Shown: positions 51,416 to 61,246, counted from the first letter of the stretch. The stretch: 64,000 bases of DNA from an uncultured Chloroflexia bacterium (GCA_963763775.1 CAVXPZ010000003.1:378131-442130), one strand, 5' to 3'. Program-made: numbers and translations. Notes: a model not told the origin generated them from the letters alone.

Positions 51416-52989
51416 GCGGCGGAGCGCTTCGCGATGACGTGGATCAGCAAGCCTTGGTCCTCCGGGGTCAGATACTCGATGTCGTACTTCTCGGCGAGGT
51501 CGGGGATCGCCGCGAGGGTCTCCCGCAGGAGATACACGGGGGCACGTCCCAGGTTGGCGTCGATGACGTCCTCGATCGACCCGAGGTTCTTGTCGAGTCG
51601 CGTGCGGTCGTCGACGATGACGATATCAGGCCGGACGCCCTCGACCCGCTGGGCGTACCACAGCGGTGTCGAGTAGCTCCACCAGCTGATCACCACGGCA
51701 CCCGGCTGGAGCTGCGACAGGACACTGTCCAGCCAGACCGACGCGGTGCGGTCCCGGCTGCGGTCGACGGAAGCGAGCGTGGTGTCCGCCGCGGCGACCG
51801 ACGGCAGGACGAGCAGGCACGCCGCGATGCCGGCCACCACGGCCGGGACGCGTGAGACCCGGGGCCGGGGATCGCCATCGTCGAACCGCCCGCCCGGGTC
51901 GCCGCGGCCCAGCATCTCGACGACCCCCTCGACGGCGACGGCGGCGAGGATCGCGAGCCAGGTCCAGGCCATGAGGATCGGCCCGAGGTAGTAGCGGTCG
52001 ATATCGGCATTGATGTACGACGCGGCGAAGAAGCACGTGATGAGGACCGCCGTGCCGGTCAGGAGAGCGTAGGCGGGTCGGCGCGCGACGGTCGCCGCGA
52101 ACCCGACCGGGATCAGTGGCGCCAGGATGCCGAACTGGGCGACCGTGACGTCGATGAGCGCATGCACCTTGCCTGGCAGGTCGCCGATCGGGTCCTGGAG
52201 GCTCCCCTGGAACTGCTGGGCGAACACGACGTACAGGAACCCGTCGAGGGTCTCGGGCCGTCCGTAGACCAGCGCCGCGCGGAATGGCCCGGCCCGGAGC
52301 GGGAGCTCGAGATACACGAGGAAGAGCGTCACGGCGAGGGCCCCCATGCACGTCAGGATGAAGCGTGGACGGCCGAGGATGGCCCGGTCCACGGCCAGGA
52401 CGTACAGACCCACCGGAAGCGCGAGGAGCAGCGTCAGCGAGTGGTTGCCCATCGCGAGCCCGAACGCCACCGTCGCCGCCAGCAGGTAGCGATCGGCGGT
52501 CGGCTGCCCGGCGCGGACCCGGTCCTCCCAGGCGACGAGCAGGCGCAGGAGGACGGCCACCAGTGCGAGGTGCAGCGCGTGCGGGTCGGCGTGCGTGCCG
52601 ATCGCCCAGACGATCGGCGTCAGCGCCAGCCCCACGCCCACGGCGACCCCGAGGGCGACGGATCGCGTCAGCGCGCGGACGAGGTCGACGGCGACCGCGG
52701 CGGCCACGCCGACGCAGATGGCCGAGAGGGCGTTCATGCGGAACGCCGGGTCGCCGAGAGGCTGGAGCACCACCGAGGCGAGCCAGCCGAGCAACACGTA
52801 CGTGGGGAAGCCCGTCGGGTGGGCGGTGCCCATCAGCGGTCCGACGGCCTGGAACTCGGCCGTGTCCCAGAACCCGACACCCGGCATGAGCGCGAGCCAC
52901 GACGCGGCGAACGCCAAGACGCCGACCGCGACGGCCGGCGCCAGGTGCGAGGGGTCCGTTCGGCGACCCTGTGCTACGCTCAGATCCAC
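51412..52989 (-). CDS. DUF2723-type GT-C fold membrane glycosyltransferase
   Basis: 525 aa, polytopic. N-terminal loop GVGFWDTAEFQAVGPLMGTAHPTGFPTY, with a soluble C-terminal domain. It overlaps the GT2 gene by 4 nt. Confidence 0.65.
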   Translation of the reverse strand: MDLSVAQGRRTDPSHLAPAVAVGVLAFAASWLALMPGVGFWDTAEFQAVGPLMGTAHPTGFPTYVLLGWLASVVLQPLGDPAFRMNALSAICVGVAAAVAVDLVRALTRSVALGVAVGVGLALTPIVWAIGTHADPHALHLALVAVLLRLLVAWEDRVRAGQPTADRYLLAATVAFGLAMGNHSLTLLLALPVGLYVLAVDRAILGRPRFILTCMGALAVTLFLVYLELPLRAGPFRAALVYGRPETLDGFLYVVFAQQFQGSLQDPIGDLPGKVHALIDVTVAQFGILAPLIPVGFAATVARRPAYALLTGTAVLITCFFAASYINADIDRYYLGPILMAWTWLAILAAVAVEGVVEMLGRGDPGGRFDDGDPRPRVSRVPAVVAGIAACLLVLPSVAAADTTLASVDRSRDRTASVWLDSVLSQLQPGAVVISWWSYSTPLWYAQRVEGVRPDIVIVDDRTRLDKNLGSIEDVIDANLGRAPVYLLRETLAAIPDLAEKYDIEYLTPEDQGLLIHVIAKRSAA

Positions 52990-54629
52990 CTTCCACGCTC
53001 GTGCAGGAGCCGTTCCCGGTGACTGGCCCCGCCTCCGATGGCACCGAGCGAGGCACAGGCGCGCCGTCGCGGTTCACCGGGACGCAGGGAGCCGTCGGCG
53101 CGATCCTGATCGTCCTCGCGCTCGGACTCGCCCTCCGCCTCATCATCGCATACCTGCTCCCCGGGTCCGGATTCAAGGTCGACCTCGGGGCGTTCCGGTT
53201 CTGGGCGAGCGAGCTCGCGACCCACGGCCCGTGGGGCTTCTACGACCGCGACTTCCTCCACGACTACATGCCCGGGTACATGTACGTCCTGTGGCTGGTC
53301 GGGATCGTCGGCCAGGTCACCGGCGGTGTCGGCGACCTCATCAAGATCCCGCCGATCCTGGCCGACCTCGTCGTCGGCTACCTCGTCTACTCGATGGTGC
53401 TCGAGCTCGGCGGACGCAGGGCCGTCGCCCTCGGCGGCGCCCTGCTCGCGGTCCTCAACCCGATCAGCTGGTTCGACAGCGTCGCCTGGGGCCAGGTCGA
53501 CTCCTTCGGGGTCGTGTTCCTGCTCCTCGGCCTGCGCGAGCTCTGGCGCGACCGGCCGGAACGCGCGGCGATCTACACGGTCATCGCCGCCATGATCAAG
53601 CCCCAGCTCGGGATCCTCGTGCCACTCGTCGCCGTGGTCGTGATCCGGCGGGCCCTGTGGCCGGCCGGCGGTGACGGCGACCCGGAGCGCACCGGGCACC
53701 CGCGCCGGATCGTCACGACGGCCATCGCCGGCGTGGCGACCGCCGTCGTGATGTCGATCCCGTTCGGGCTGACGCCGGCCGGCTTCGTCCGCCAGCTGCT
53801 CTCGACCGGCGGCACGTACCCGTTCACCACGGTGAACGCGTACAACCCGTGGGCGCTCCTCCCCTCCGACATCGGCAACAGCCCCGCCGCCACGGGCGGC
53901 TGGATCTGCGACGCGGCGTCGACCTTCGTCCACGACGACTGCGGCTGGGGGACCGCGTTCATCGGGCCGTTCCCCGCGATCGTCGTCGGGACGGCGCTGC
54001 TGATCGGCGTCTTTGCGCTCGTCCTCGCCGTGGCTGCCCGGCGACCGGACCGACTCACGCTCCTGGTGGCCCTCGCCATCCTCGCGCTCGCCTTCTTCAT
54101 CGTGCCCACGCGCGTCCACGAGCGGTACGGGTACCCGTTCTTCGCGCTCGCGGTGATCCTCGCCGCGGTCTCCCTGCGCTGGCTGACCGCGTACCTCGTG
54201 CTGACCGTCGCCACGTTCGCGAACATGTACGTCGTCCTCACGACGATCTACTCGGACAACCCGTCGGTGGAGGACTGGCTGGGGATCGGGCCGGCGATCC
54301 GGTCGCCGGCGGGCGTCACCGTGATCGTGCTCCTGCACCTCGCCGGGTTCATCTGGGTGGTGCTCCAGCTGCGGTCGTCGGCACGGGCACGGCTCGCCGG
54401 CCGAACTCGCGGCCGCGGCCGAACCCGAGGACCACGCGACGGACGCCGAGACGGATCGGTCGGACGTGCCGGCGGCGGCCATCGGCCCGGGCATCGCGGC
54501 CATCCCGGCCACCCGGGCCGTCACGTCCTCGTCGGTGGTCACGCCACCGCCGCGACCCGACGTCGAGATGCCGCGCTGGTCGGGCCGGCCGTCCGTCGCC
54601 GAGGTGGGGGTCGTGGCCTGGCTCCGTGA
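52971..54629 (+). CDS. GT-C fold membrane glycosyl(mannosyl)transferase (Gpi18-like/DUF2029-like); last ~80 codons of the track ORF look out of frame
   Basis: Polytopic protein with DLGAFRFWA, HDYMPGYMYVLW, WGQVDSF and VHERYGYPFFAL. After IWVVLQLRSS the frame becomes Arg/Gly/His text, while the neighbouring frame (that of 54466..58338) takes over the G/C third-position bias. Alternative starts are GTG 53001 and GTG 53019. Confidence 0.65.
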   Translation: MLRSDPPSTLVQEPFPVTGPASDGTERGTGAPSRFTGTQGAVGAILIVLALGLALRLIIAYLLPGSGFKVDLGAFRFWASELATHGPWGFYDRDFLHDYMPGYMYVLWLVGIVGQVTGGVGDLIKIPPILADLVVGYLVYSMVLELGGRRAVALGGALLAVLNPISWFDSVAWGQVDSFGVVFLLLGLRELWRDRPERAAIYTVIAAMIKPQLGILVPLVAVVVIRRALWPAGGDGDPERTGHPRRIVTTAIAGVATAVVMSIPFGLTPAGFVRQLLSTGGTYPFTTVNAYNPWALLPSDIGNSPAATGGWICDAASTFVHDDCGWGTAFIGPFPAIVVGTALLIGVFALVLAVAARRPDRLTLLVALAILALAFFIVPTRVHERYGYPFFALAVILAAVSLRWLTAYLVLTVATFANMYVVLTTIYSDNPSVEDWLGIGPAIRSPAGVTVIVLLHLAGFIWVVLQLRSSARARLAGRTRGRGRTRGPRDGRRDGSVGRAGGGHRPGHRGHPGHPGRHVLVGGHATAATRRRDAALVGPAVRRRGGGRGLAP

Positions 54630-57600
54630 TCGCTGGGGGACGCCACCGATCCGCCCGGATCGCAGTGCCACCCTCGTGTCCGAGGGCGGTGGACGCCTCG
54701 ACCGCCTCGACCTGTGGTTCCTCGTGATCCTCGTCCTCGCGTCGATGAGCCTGCGGATGTTCCGGCTCGCCGAGCCGTACCAGATGCATTTCGACGAGGT
54801 CTATCACGCCCGTACCGCCACGGAGTTCCTCCAGGACTGGCGGTACGGCGAGTCCCACGACATCTACGAGTGGACGCATCCGCATCTCGCGAAGTACGCG
54901 ATGGCCGCCGGGCTCGTGCTCTGGGGCGAGGACGACGTCGCCGCGACCAGCGAGCTGGGCGTCCCCGTGAAGGCCGCCGTGGTCGAGCCGCGACGGGACG
55001 ACCCGACGGCGCCAGGCGGCCGGGCCGGCGAGCGCCTGCACGTCGCGACCGGCACCGAGATCCGGACGTACGACCTCCGCACGCGGGCGCTCATCGCGAC
55101 GATCCCGGCGCCCGGCGTCTCGGCCCTCGCCCTCGATCCCGCGGGGACCGAGATGATCGTCGGGTTCGACGACGGCCGTGTCGCGACCCTTGACCTCGGC
55201 TCGATCGATGCCGACGCGGCGGCGGCCGGCGTGGCGCCCCTCGACCTCGGCAAGGTCGGCGGTGCGGTCACGCAGCTGTTCGTCCCCGACGACGGGTCGA
55301 CGATCATCGTCGGGCAGCACGACCGGCTCGACGTCATCGACGATTCGACCGGCGACCCCCTCGGCGGCCTCGACGTCCCCGGGCTCGCGGACATCGGCGA
55401 TGGCGGGAGCGGCGACGCCCTCCAGGCGACCCTCGCGGACGTCCCGGACCCATCCGCCGCCGCGTCCGAGCTCGCGAGCCTGCTCGACGGCGAGGCGGCG
55501 ACCTATGAAGCCCTCCTGCGCGGGACCGGCGAGACGGCCCTGCTCGGCAGCCCAGGGAGCGGCGACACCCGCAAGGCCGTGGACACGGCGATCGCCGACG
55601 GCAAGCTGCCCGGCATCGAGGTGACGCAAGTCTCCCGCGTGGCGGTCGCGACCGCCGACGGCGTCGAGTTCATCGACCCGGCCACGGCCCAGGTCTCCTC
55701 GACCATCCCGCTCGTGGGTGGCGCCCACGGCCTGGGACGCGTCTCCGGCATCGAGGACGACCAGCTCTACGTGACGTCCGGCACGCCGGACGCGCCGACG
55801 TACGACGTGGTCGCGATCTCGGGGGATGCCGCGGCCAGCGGTCCGGCCAAGTCGGGGGGAAGCCACCCGCTGCCCGGACTCGGGAGCAAGGTCGTGTACG
55901 ACAAGGCCAGCCAGATGGTCCACATCCTCGGGCTCGCGCCGGACGCGACGACGACCGGCGCGGGCGCGGCGGACGGGCCGTGGACCGTCTATGTGGTGGA
56001 GCCGCATGCGAAGGCGGTCTTCGCGGACGCCCGGCTCGGCGACGGGTTCGTGCCGGCGGCGTGGGCCGCGGACATCAACGACCAGTACCCGTCGGCTGAC
56101 CGGCAGGACCTCCTCGTGTTCGACGGCAGCGGTTCGATGGCCTCGATCGAGCTCGGGTCGCACGCGTTCGCGTGGCGTCTGCCGGGCGTCATCGCGGGCA
56201 CGCTGACCCTCGTCTGCCTGTACCTGCTCGCGCGCATCCTGTTCCGCCGCCGATTGATCGCCGGCCTCGTCGGGCTCTTCGTCCTCGTCGACGGGATGTT
56301 CTTCGTCCAGGCGCGGATCGGGATGAACGACGTCTATGTCGGGCTGTTCATCATCGCCGCGTACACGCTGTTCGCCGCGGTCTGGACCGGGTGGTGGCGC
56401 GGCCGTGCGGCGTTCTGGATCTCGATGCCGATCATCGGCCTGTTACTCGGGCTCGCGCTGGCGAGCAAGTGGGTGGCGCTGTACGCGATCTTCGCGCTCG
56501 GCCTGCTCATCCTCCTTCGGAGCGCGCTCGGCCGGGTGATCTCGATCCTCGGGCTCATCGCGATCACGAGCGTGCTCGGGTACATGGCGATCAGCGTGCC
56601 GGAAGGGCAGGGCTTCGGGAACATGACGTTCCTGCTCATCATGGTCGCGCTCACGCTGCTGGCGGTGGTCGTGGCCGTGTGGCACCCGATCGCCTGGACC
56701 GACGACGAGATGCGGTTCGCCGTCATGGCCCCCACCGCGCTCGGAGCGCTCGTGTTCTTCGGGGCGCTCGCGACCGGCCGCCTCGACTCGCAGATCGTCA
56801 TCCGCTCGATCGCGGTGACGCCGTTGGTGGTCGCCATCCTGCTCGCCCTCGGGTCGTTGCTGGTGTGGCTCGCCTTCGCGATCGGGGGGCGGATCGGGTT
56901 CGGGCCGCTCGCCGCGGCGCCCGGGCCGGACGACCCGGCGCGGTTCCTCGAGCCGCCGGCGCCCGCGCCGGAGGGCTGGCTGCGCCCCGGCTACCTGCTC
57001 GGCTTGCCGGTGGTCTGGGCCGTCATCTGCCTGCTGGCCCTGCCGGTCGCCGTCTACGTGGTCTCGTACATCCCCTGGGCGCTCATCGAGAACCACCGAC
57101 TCTTCGGCGACATCGCGTTCCTCGGCATCCACATCCCGGCCTGGCCGGCCGGCCATACCGGGCAGACGCTCGTCGAGCTGACCCAGCAGATGTACGGCTA
57201 CCACAACGGCCTGACGGCCCCGCACCCGGCCTCGTCGCCGTGGTGGGCGTGGCCGCTCGACCTCAAGCCGGTGTGGTTCTACCAGGAAGGCCTCGCGGGC
57301 GGGACGGCGGCCGCGATCTACGACGCGGGCAACCTCGTCATCTGGTGGCTCGGCGTCGCGGGGATGGTCTTCGTCAGCGTCATGGCCTTCCGCCGGCGCA
57401 GCCCGGCCCTCGCGCTGATCGCGATCGGGTTCGCCGCGCAGTGGATCCCCTGGGCCCGCATCGATCGGGCGGCGTTCCAGTACCACTACTACACCGCCCT
57501 GCCGTTCGTGGCGCTCGCCCTGGCGTACTTCATCGCGGAGATCTGGCACGGGGCGTCACGATTCACATGGCAGTTCGCCCGGGTCGCCGGCGCCGTGGCC

Positions 57601-58338
57601 CTGGTGCTGCCGGCGGCGCTCTGGCTGTTCTCGCGGCCGCTCTGCGCGATCGTCGGCGTCGAATCGGTGAACCCCGGGTCGGCGGCCTGCCCCGCGGTCA
57701 TCCCCGAGTTCGTCCTGACGACGCGGACCGCGGCGCTGGCCGTGGTCGCCGGCATCGGGCTGTTCTTCGTGCTGCGCACGGTGCTGGCGATCTCCGACGC
57801 GGACCGCGACGGCGCCAGCAGCGAGCGCGGCTGGTACCGGTCGCTCGCGATCACCGGCCTCGTCGTCGGCGGGGCACTGGTGATCGCGTCGCTCATGCCC
57901 GACACGCCGATCCTCACGCTCACCCGGATCCCGGTCGAGCCGATCGTCCTCCTGGCGGCGCTGCCGCTCGCCTACCTCGCGCTCGGGGTCTTCGCCGCAC
58001 GCGACCCGCGACGGTTCGTCGTCGGGTACGTCGCCGCGGCCGTGGCGTGGGGCGTCGTGCTCTACCCGAACATCGCGGCGCTGCCGCTGCCGGCGGTGAT
58101 CGTGAACGCGTACCAGGGGGTCATCCCGACCTACCTGTACGCCTTCCAGTTCCCGGTCAGCACGACCGATCGCACGGTCGCGACACCGATCCTGACACCG
58201 GAGTTCGCCCTGCTGACGGTGGCGCTGACCGTGACCTGTCTCGTGATCGCCTACTGCGCCTGGTTCTGGAGGTTGTCGCTGGCGGGCTCGTCCGACGTCG
58301 ACGACGCCGAAGCCTTCGCCCGCAGCAGCGGCGCCTGA
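54466..58338 (+). CDS. PMT-family (GT39) protein O-mannosyltransferase-like enzyme, 1290 aa, with a ~410-aa insert in loop 1
   Basis: TM1 is followed by the loop-1 acidic motif HFDEVYHARTA and THPHLAKY. TM2 (WRLPGVIAGTLTLVCLYLLAR) appears only about 410 residues later. The rest is a polytopic PMT core plus extra C-terminal TMs. ATG 54568 (MPRWSG) is an alternative start. Confidence 0.75.
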   Translation: MPAAAIGPGIAAIPATRAVTSSSVVTPPPRPDVEMPRWSGRPSVAEVGVVAWLRDRWGTPPIRPDRSATLVSEGGGRLDRLDLWFLVILVLASMSLRMFRLAEPYQMHFDEVYHARTATEFLQDWRYGESHDIYEWTHPHLAKYAMAAGLVLWGEDDVAATSELGVPVKAAVVEPRRDDPTAPGGRAGERLHVATGTEIRTYDLRTRALIATIPAPGVSALALDPAGTEMIVGFDDGRVATLDLGSIDADAAAAGVAPLDLGKVGGAVTQLFVPDDGSTIIVGQHDRLDVIDDSTGDPLGGLDVPGLADIGDGGSGDALQATLADVPDPSAAASELASLLDGEAATYEALLRGTGETALLGSPGSGDTRKAVDTAIADGKLPGIEVTQVSRVAVATADGVEFIDPATAQVSSTIPLVGGAHGLGRVSGIEDDQLYVTSGTPDAPTYDVVAISGDAAASGPAKSGGSHPLPGLGSKVVYDKASQMVHILGLAPDATTTGAGAADGPWTVYVVEPHAKAVFADARLGDGFVPAAWAADINDQYPSADRQDLLVFDGSGSMASIELGSHAFAWRLPGVIAGTLTLVCLYLLARILFRRRLIAGLVGLFVLVDGMFFVQARIGMNDVYVGLFIIAAYTLFAAVWTGWWRGRAAFWISMPIIGLLLGLALASKWVALYAIFALGLLILLRSALGRVISILGLIAITSVLGYMAISVPEGQGFGNMTFLLIMVALTLLAVVVAVWHPIAWTDDEMRFAVMAPTALGALVFFGALATGRLDSQIVIRSIAVTPLVVAILLALGSLLVWLAFAIGGRIGFGPLAAAPGPDDPARFLEPPAPAPEGWLRPGYLLGLPVVWAVICLLALPVAVYVVSYIPWALIENHRLFGDIAFLGIHIPAWPAGHTGQTLVELTQQMYGYHNGLTAPHPASSPWWAWPLDLKPVWFYQEGLAGGTAAAIYDAGNLVIWWLGVAGMVFVSVMAFRRRSPALALIAIGFAAQWIPWARIDRAAFQYHYYTALPFVALALAYFIAEIWHGASRFTWQFARVAGAVALVLPAALWLFSRPLCAIVGVESVNPGSAACPAVIPEFVLTTRTAALAVVAGIGLFFVLRTVLAISDADRDGASSERGWYRSLAITGLVVGGALVIASLMPDTPILTLTRIPVEPIVLLAALPLAYLALGVFAARDPRRFVVGYVAAAVAWGVVLYPNIAALPLPAVIVNAYQGVIPTYLYAFQFPVSTTDRTVATPILTPEFALLTVALTVTCLVIAYCAWFWRLSLAGSSDVDDAEAFARSSGA

Positions 58339-59489
58339 GGGATCTCGGCGCGGAACCCGTCGGGGAGCTGGCCGGCCGCCGCGAGCCGGCGGATCACGAA
58401 GCCGTAGTACTCCTCGACCTTCGCGGTCACGCGCGGCCAGCTGAAGTCCTCGGCGCGACGGCGACCGGCCTCGCGCATCGACGCCTGGAGATCCGGCTCG
58501 TCGAGGAGGCGCGCGATCGCCACGGCGAGGTCCTTCGGCTCGCGCGGCGGGACCAGGAGCCCCTCGCGATCCCGCCGGACGACCCCCTTGTAGCCGTGGA
58601 TGTCCGAGCAGACGATGGGCGCGCCGGCGGCCATGGCCTCGAGGAGGACGATCCCGAACGACTCGCCGCCGGTCGCCGGGGAGACGAAGACCGTCGCCGT
58701 GCGGTAGAGCTGGGCCTTCTCGGTATCGCTGACGCGGCCGAGGAACTCGACGCCCTGGAGTCCGCGCGTGGCCACGTAGCGGCGCGCCTCGCGCTCCTGT
58801 GGGCCACCGCCGACGATCAGGAGCCGCGTGCCGTACCCGGTCTTGCGCAGGATGCGCTGGGCCTTGAGCAGGTCGAGGAGCCCCTTGCGCGGCTCGTGGC
58901 GCCCTACGAACAGCAGGTTCGGCGTGCCGTCCTGCCATCGGGCGATCGGCACGGCGTTGGCAAATCGCGCGATGTCGACCCCATTGGGGATCACCTTGTA
59001 GTCGCCCGGGAAGAACCGGTCGATGAAGTGGCGCGCCGCGGCGCTGACCGCGATCCGGCCGTGGAGCCGTCCCGCGTAGCCGCGCATGACGCGGCTGCCC
59101 AGCTCGTACGAGGGCGAGAAGCCGGCGTACGCGTGGAACGTCGCCACGTTGACGCTCGTGGATTCGCGGAGCAGGAACAGCGACAGGAACGGCACGAACG
59201 GTTCGTGGAAGTGGAGGAGGTCGAAGCGCTCGCGCTCCAGCATCGCCTTCACCTGCCCGATGTAGCGCGGCGAGAACGTCAGGGTCCCGACCGACCCGTT
59301 CGTCGGCATCGAGAACCCGACGCCGATGCGCAGGATGTCGCCTTCCGACGAGCGCTGCGGCCCGTGGCTCGCGGTGATGATCCGCACGTCGTGCCCGGCC
59401 AGGCGCAGGTTCTCGTACAGGAATCGCACGTGCTGCGCGACGCCGCCCGCCTCCGGGTAGATGTACGGGCAGACGAGGCCGATCTTCAT
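58251..59489 (-). CDS. pimA: GT4 glycosyltransferase, PimA-like (phosphatidylinositol mannosyltransferase candidate)
   Basis: MKIGLVCPYIYPEAGGVAQHV, GRHEPRKG, and the EX7E region SPATGGESFGIVLLEAMAAG. It is the last gene of the pgsA/ino1/acyltransferase operon. Confidence 0.75.
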   Translation of the reverse strand: MKIGLVCPYIYPEAGGVAQHVRFLYENLRLAGHDVRIITASHGPQRSSEGDILRIGVGFSMPTNGSVGTLTFSPRYIGQVKAMLERERFDLLHFHEPFVPFLSLFLLRESTSVNVATFHAYAGFSPSYELGSRVMRGYAGRLHGRIAVSAAARHFIDRFFPGDYKVIPNGVDIARFANAVPIARWQDGTPNLLFVGRHEPRKGLLDLLKAQRILRKTGYGTRLLIVGGGPQEREARRYVATRGLQGVEFLGRVSDTEKAQLYRTATVFVSPATGGESFGIVLLEAMAAGAPIVCSDIHGYKGVVRRDREGLLVPPREPKDLAVAIARLLDEPDLQASMREAGRRRAEDFSWPRVTAKVEEYYGFVIRRLAAAGQLPDGFRAEIPQAPLLRAKASASSTSDEPASDNLQNQAQ

Positions 59490-60310
59490 CGGCCGTCGGC
59501 CTCGTATCGCGGGGGCCGCTGGCGCCCGCCCGGATACCCGTGGTCCCGCCCGGTGCCGTCGCGGCGCAGCCGGCCGCCGACCTCGTCCTTCGCGTCACGG
59601 CCGCGCTTGCGCAGCTGCTGCCCGAAGACGCCGAGCTGCCCTGTCGCCCCGTGGAACGAGCCGTGGTGCTTCGTCTCCCGCGCGAGGATGGCCGCGCGCA
59701 GGTCCGCCGCCGTGTGCCCGGGAAACGACGTCCAGCCGGTCCCGACGGCCTCGAGCGCGTGCGCGTCGCTGTCGCCGAGGTGCGCGAGCCCGTGCGCCGT
59801 CGCGAAGCGGACGACGCGCTGGTGCCACGGCCGCCCGAGGGCCGTCGGGTTGAAGGTCTCGAGGCCGTCCGGGTGGACTCGCTCGTCCGGGTCGTCCAGG
59901 AGACCCCGGAGGACGCGCCCCTGGGCGCAGAGCGGATACGGCACGAGCGGGTGTGCAGGGACCGCCAGGCCGCCCGCATCGTGGACGGCGGCGATCGAGT
60001 CCCGGAGCGAGCGGTACGGACGGATCCGCTCCTCGACGAAGAGCGCCAGGAGGTGCCCGCCGCGCGTGGTGACCTCCTCGCCGACGACGACCTCGATCGG
60101 GAGTCCGCGATCGCGCGCCATGGCGCGCCCCGCGACCGCCGCGTCGATCCGCTCGTGGTCGGTGATCGCGATGACGTCGAGCGTGCGGGCGGCCGCGACG
60201 TGCTCGAGGATCGCCTCGACGCTCGCGGTGCCATCGGACGCGACGGTGTGGATGTGGAGGTCCGCCCGGCCGGGCCGATCGGGCCGATCGGGTCGATCGC
60301 GACCGGTCAT
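59486..60310 (-). CDS. PHP-domain metal-dependent phosphoesterase
   Basis: ADLHIHTVASDG, IAITDHE, VPAHP and LGDSDAH, the canonical PHP His/Asp motifs. ATGA overlaps at both ends. Confidence 0.85.
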   Translation of the reverse strand: MTGRDRPDRPDRPGRADLHIHTVASDGTASVEAILEHVAAARTLDVIAITDHERIDAAVAGRAMARDRGLPIEVVVGEEVTTRGGHLLALFVEERIRPYRSLRDSIAAVHDAGGLAVPAHPLVPYPLCAQGRVLRGLLDDPDERVHPDGLETFNPTALGRPWHQRVVRFATAHGLAHLGDSDAHALEAVGTGWTSFPGHTAADLRAAILARETKHHGSFHGATGQLGVFGQQLRKRGRDAKDEVGGRLRRDGTGRDHGYPGGRQRPPRYEADGR

Positions 60311-61246
60311 GCCGCGGCCTCCTCGAGGTCGGGCCAGATCGGGAAGAAGACCGCCCACCATTGCTCCGGAGCGGTCTCGACGATCCGCTCGAAGGCGTGG
60401 GCAAGGTCGGTCATGGTGGCCGTGACGCGATCGCGGCGCGTCCCGTCGAGCGGGACCGTGATCCGCTCGAGCCGACCGCTGTACCGTCCGACCCCCATGC
60501 GGCGCACGCCGACGACGTAGGGCCTCGCCCCGCTCTCGACGGCCAGCATGGCCGGGCCGAGCGGCAGCTTGGCCGGCGCCCCGAACAGCGGCATCAGCAC
60601 GCCGCCACCGGTCAGGTCGCGGTCCCCGACCAGCCCGACGGCGGTCCCGTCGCGGAGCGCGGTCAGGAGCTCGCGACGCGCCTCGCGGAGCCCGACGATG
60701 CGGACACCGGCGGCACCGCGCGTCCGGACGAAGAACGCCTGGAGGGCCGGGTCGTCGATCGTCTCCATCGGCGCGACCGCGCCGCCCGACGCGTTCGGCG
60801 AGGAACAGCGAGGGGATCTCCAGCGACCCGAAGTGGAGCCCGACGAAGATCACGGGCGGCCCGGCGCCGAACGCCTCGTCCACGACCTCGGGCGTCTCGA
60901 CGGCCATGAGGCGGTCCACCTCGCCCGGGCGGATGGACGGGGTCCTGGCCACCTCGAGGTAGTAGCGGGCGTTGTGCCGGAACGCGGACCGGACGAGCCG
61001 CTCCAGCGCGCGTGGGTCGGCGGCCGCGGCCTTGACGCGTGCTCCGCCGCGCCCATCCGCCGCCAGGGCCGTGACGACGCGGCGCAGGTTGCGGCGCGCC
61101 TGGGACGCGCGGTCGGGCGCGGCGCGATACCAGAGGTCGCCGGCCAGGTCCGCCAGCCGGACCAGCGGACCCTCCGGGAGCCGGCACGCGACCCAGGAGG
61201 CGCCGATGAGCAACCGGCCCCGCGCACGCCGGAGCAGCCGGTTCAC
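60307..61246 (-). pseudogene. LpxL/HtrB/PatA-family lipid acyltransferase, readable only with one frame change
   Basis: The N-terminal half lies in the frame of ATG 61246 (NLRRVV, AFRHNARYYLEVAR, PVIFVGLHFGSLEIPSLFLAERVG). The C-terminal half is ORF 60307..60768 (GLVGDRDLTGGGVLMPLFGAPAKLPLGPAMLAVESGA, PEQWWAVFFPIWP). The junction is at 60775..60795. Confidence 0.75.

Noticed and set aside
58251-58338. 88-nt convergent overlap of the PMT and pimA ORF ends, considered as a sign of a mis-called end or another frame error
   Set aside because: The two frames are antisense with shared third positions, so codon bias cannot discriminate. Both C-terminal tails are plausible low-complexity tails. I found no evidence either way.
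56172-60425. 1417-aa plus-strand ORF and 892-aa minus-strand ORF (57556..60234) across the PMT, pimA and PHP genes
   Set aside because: Shadow frames. The text is Arg/Pro/Gly-rich and crosses several genes of opposite orientation.
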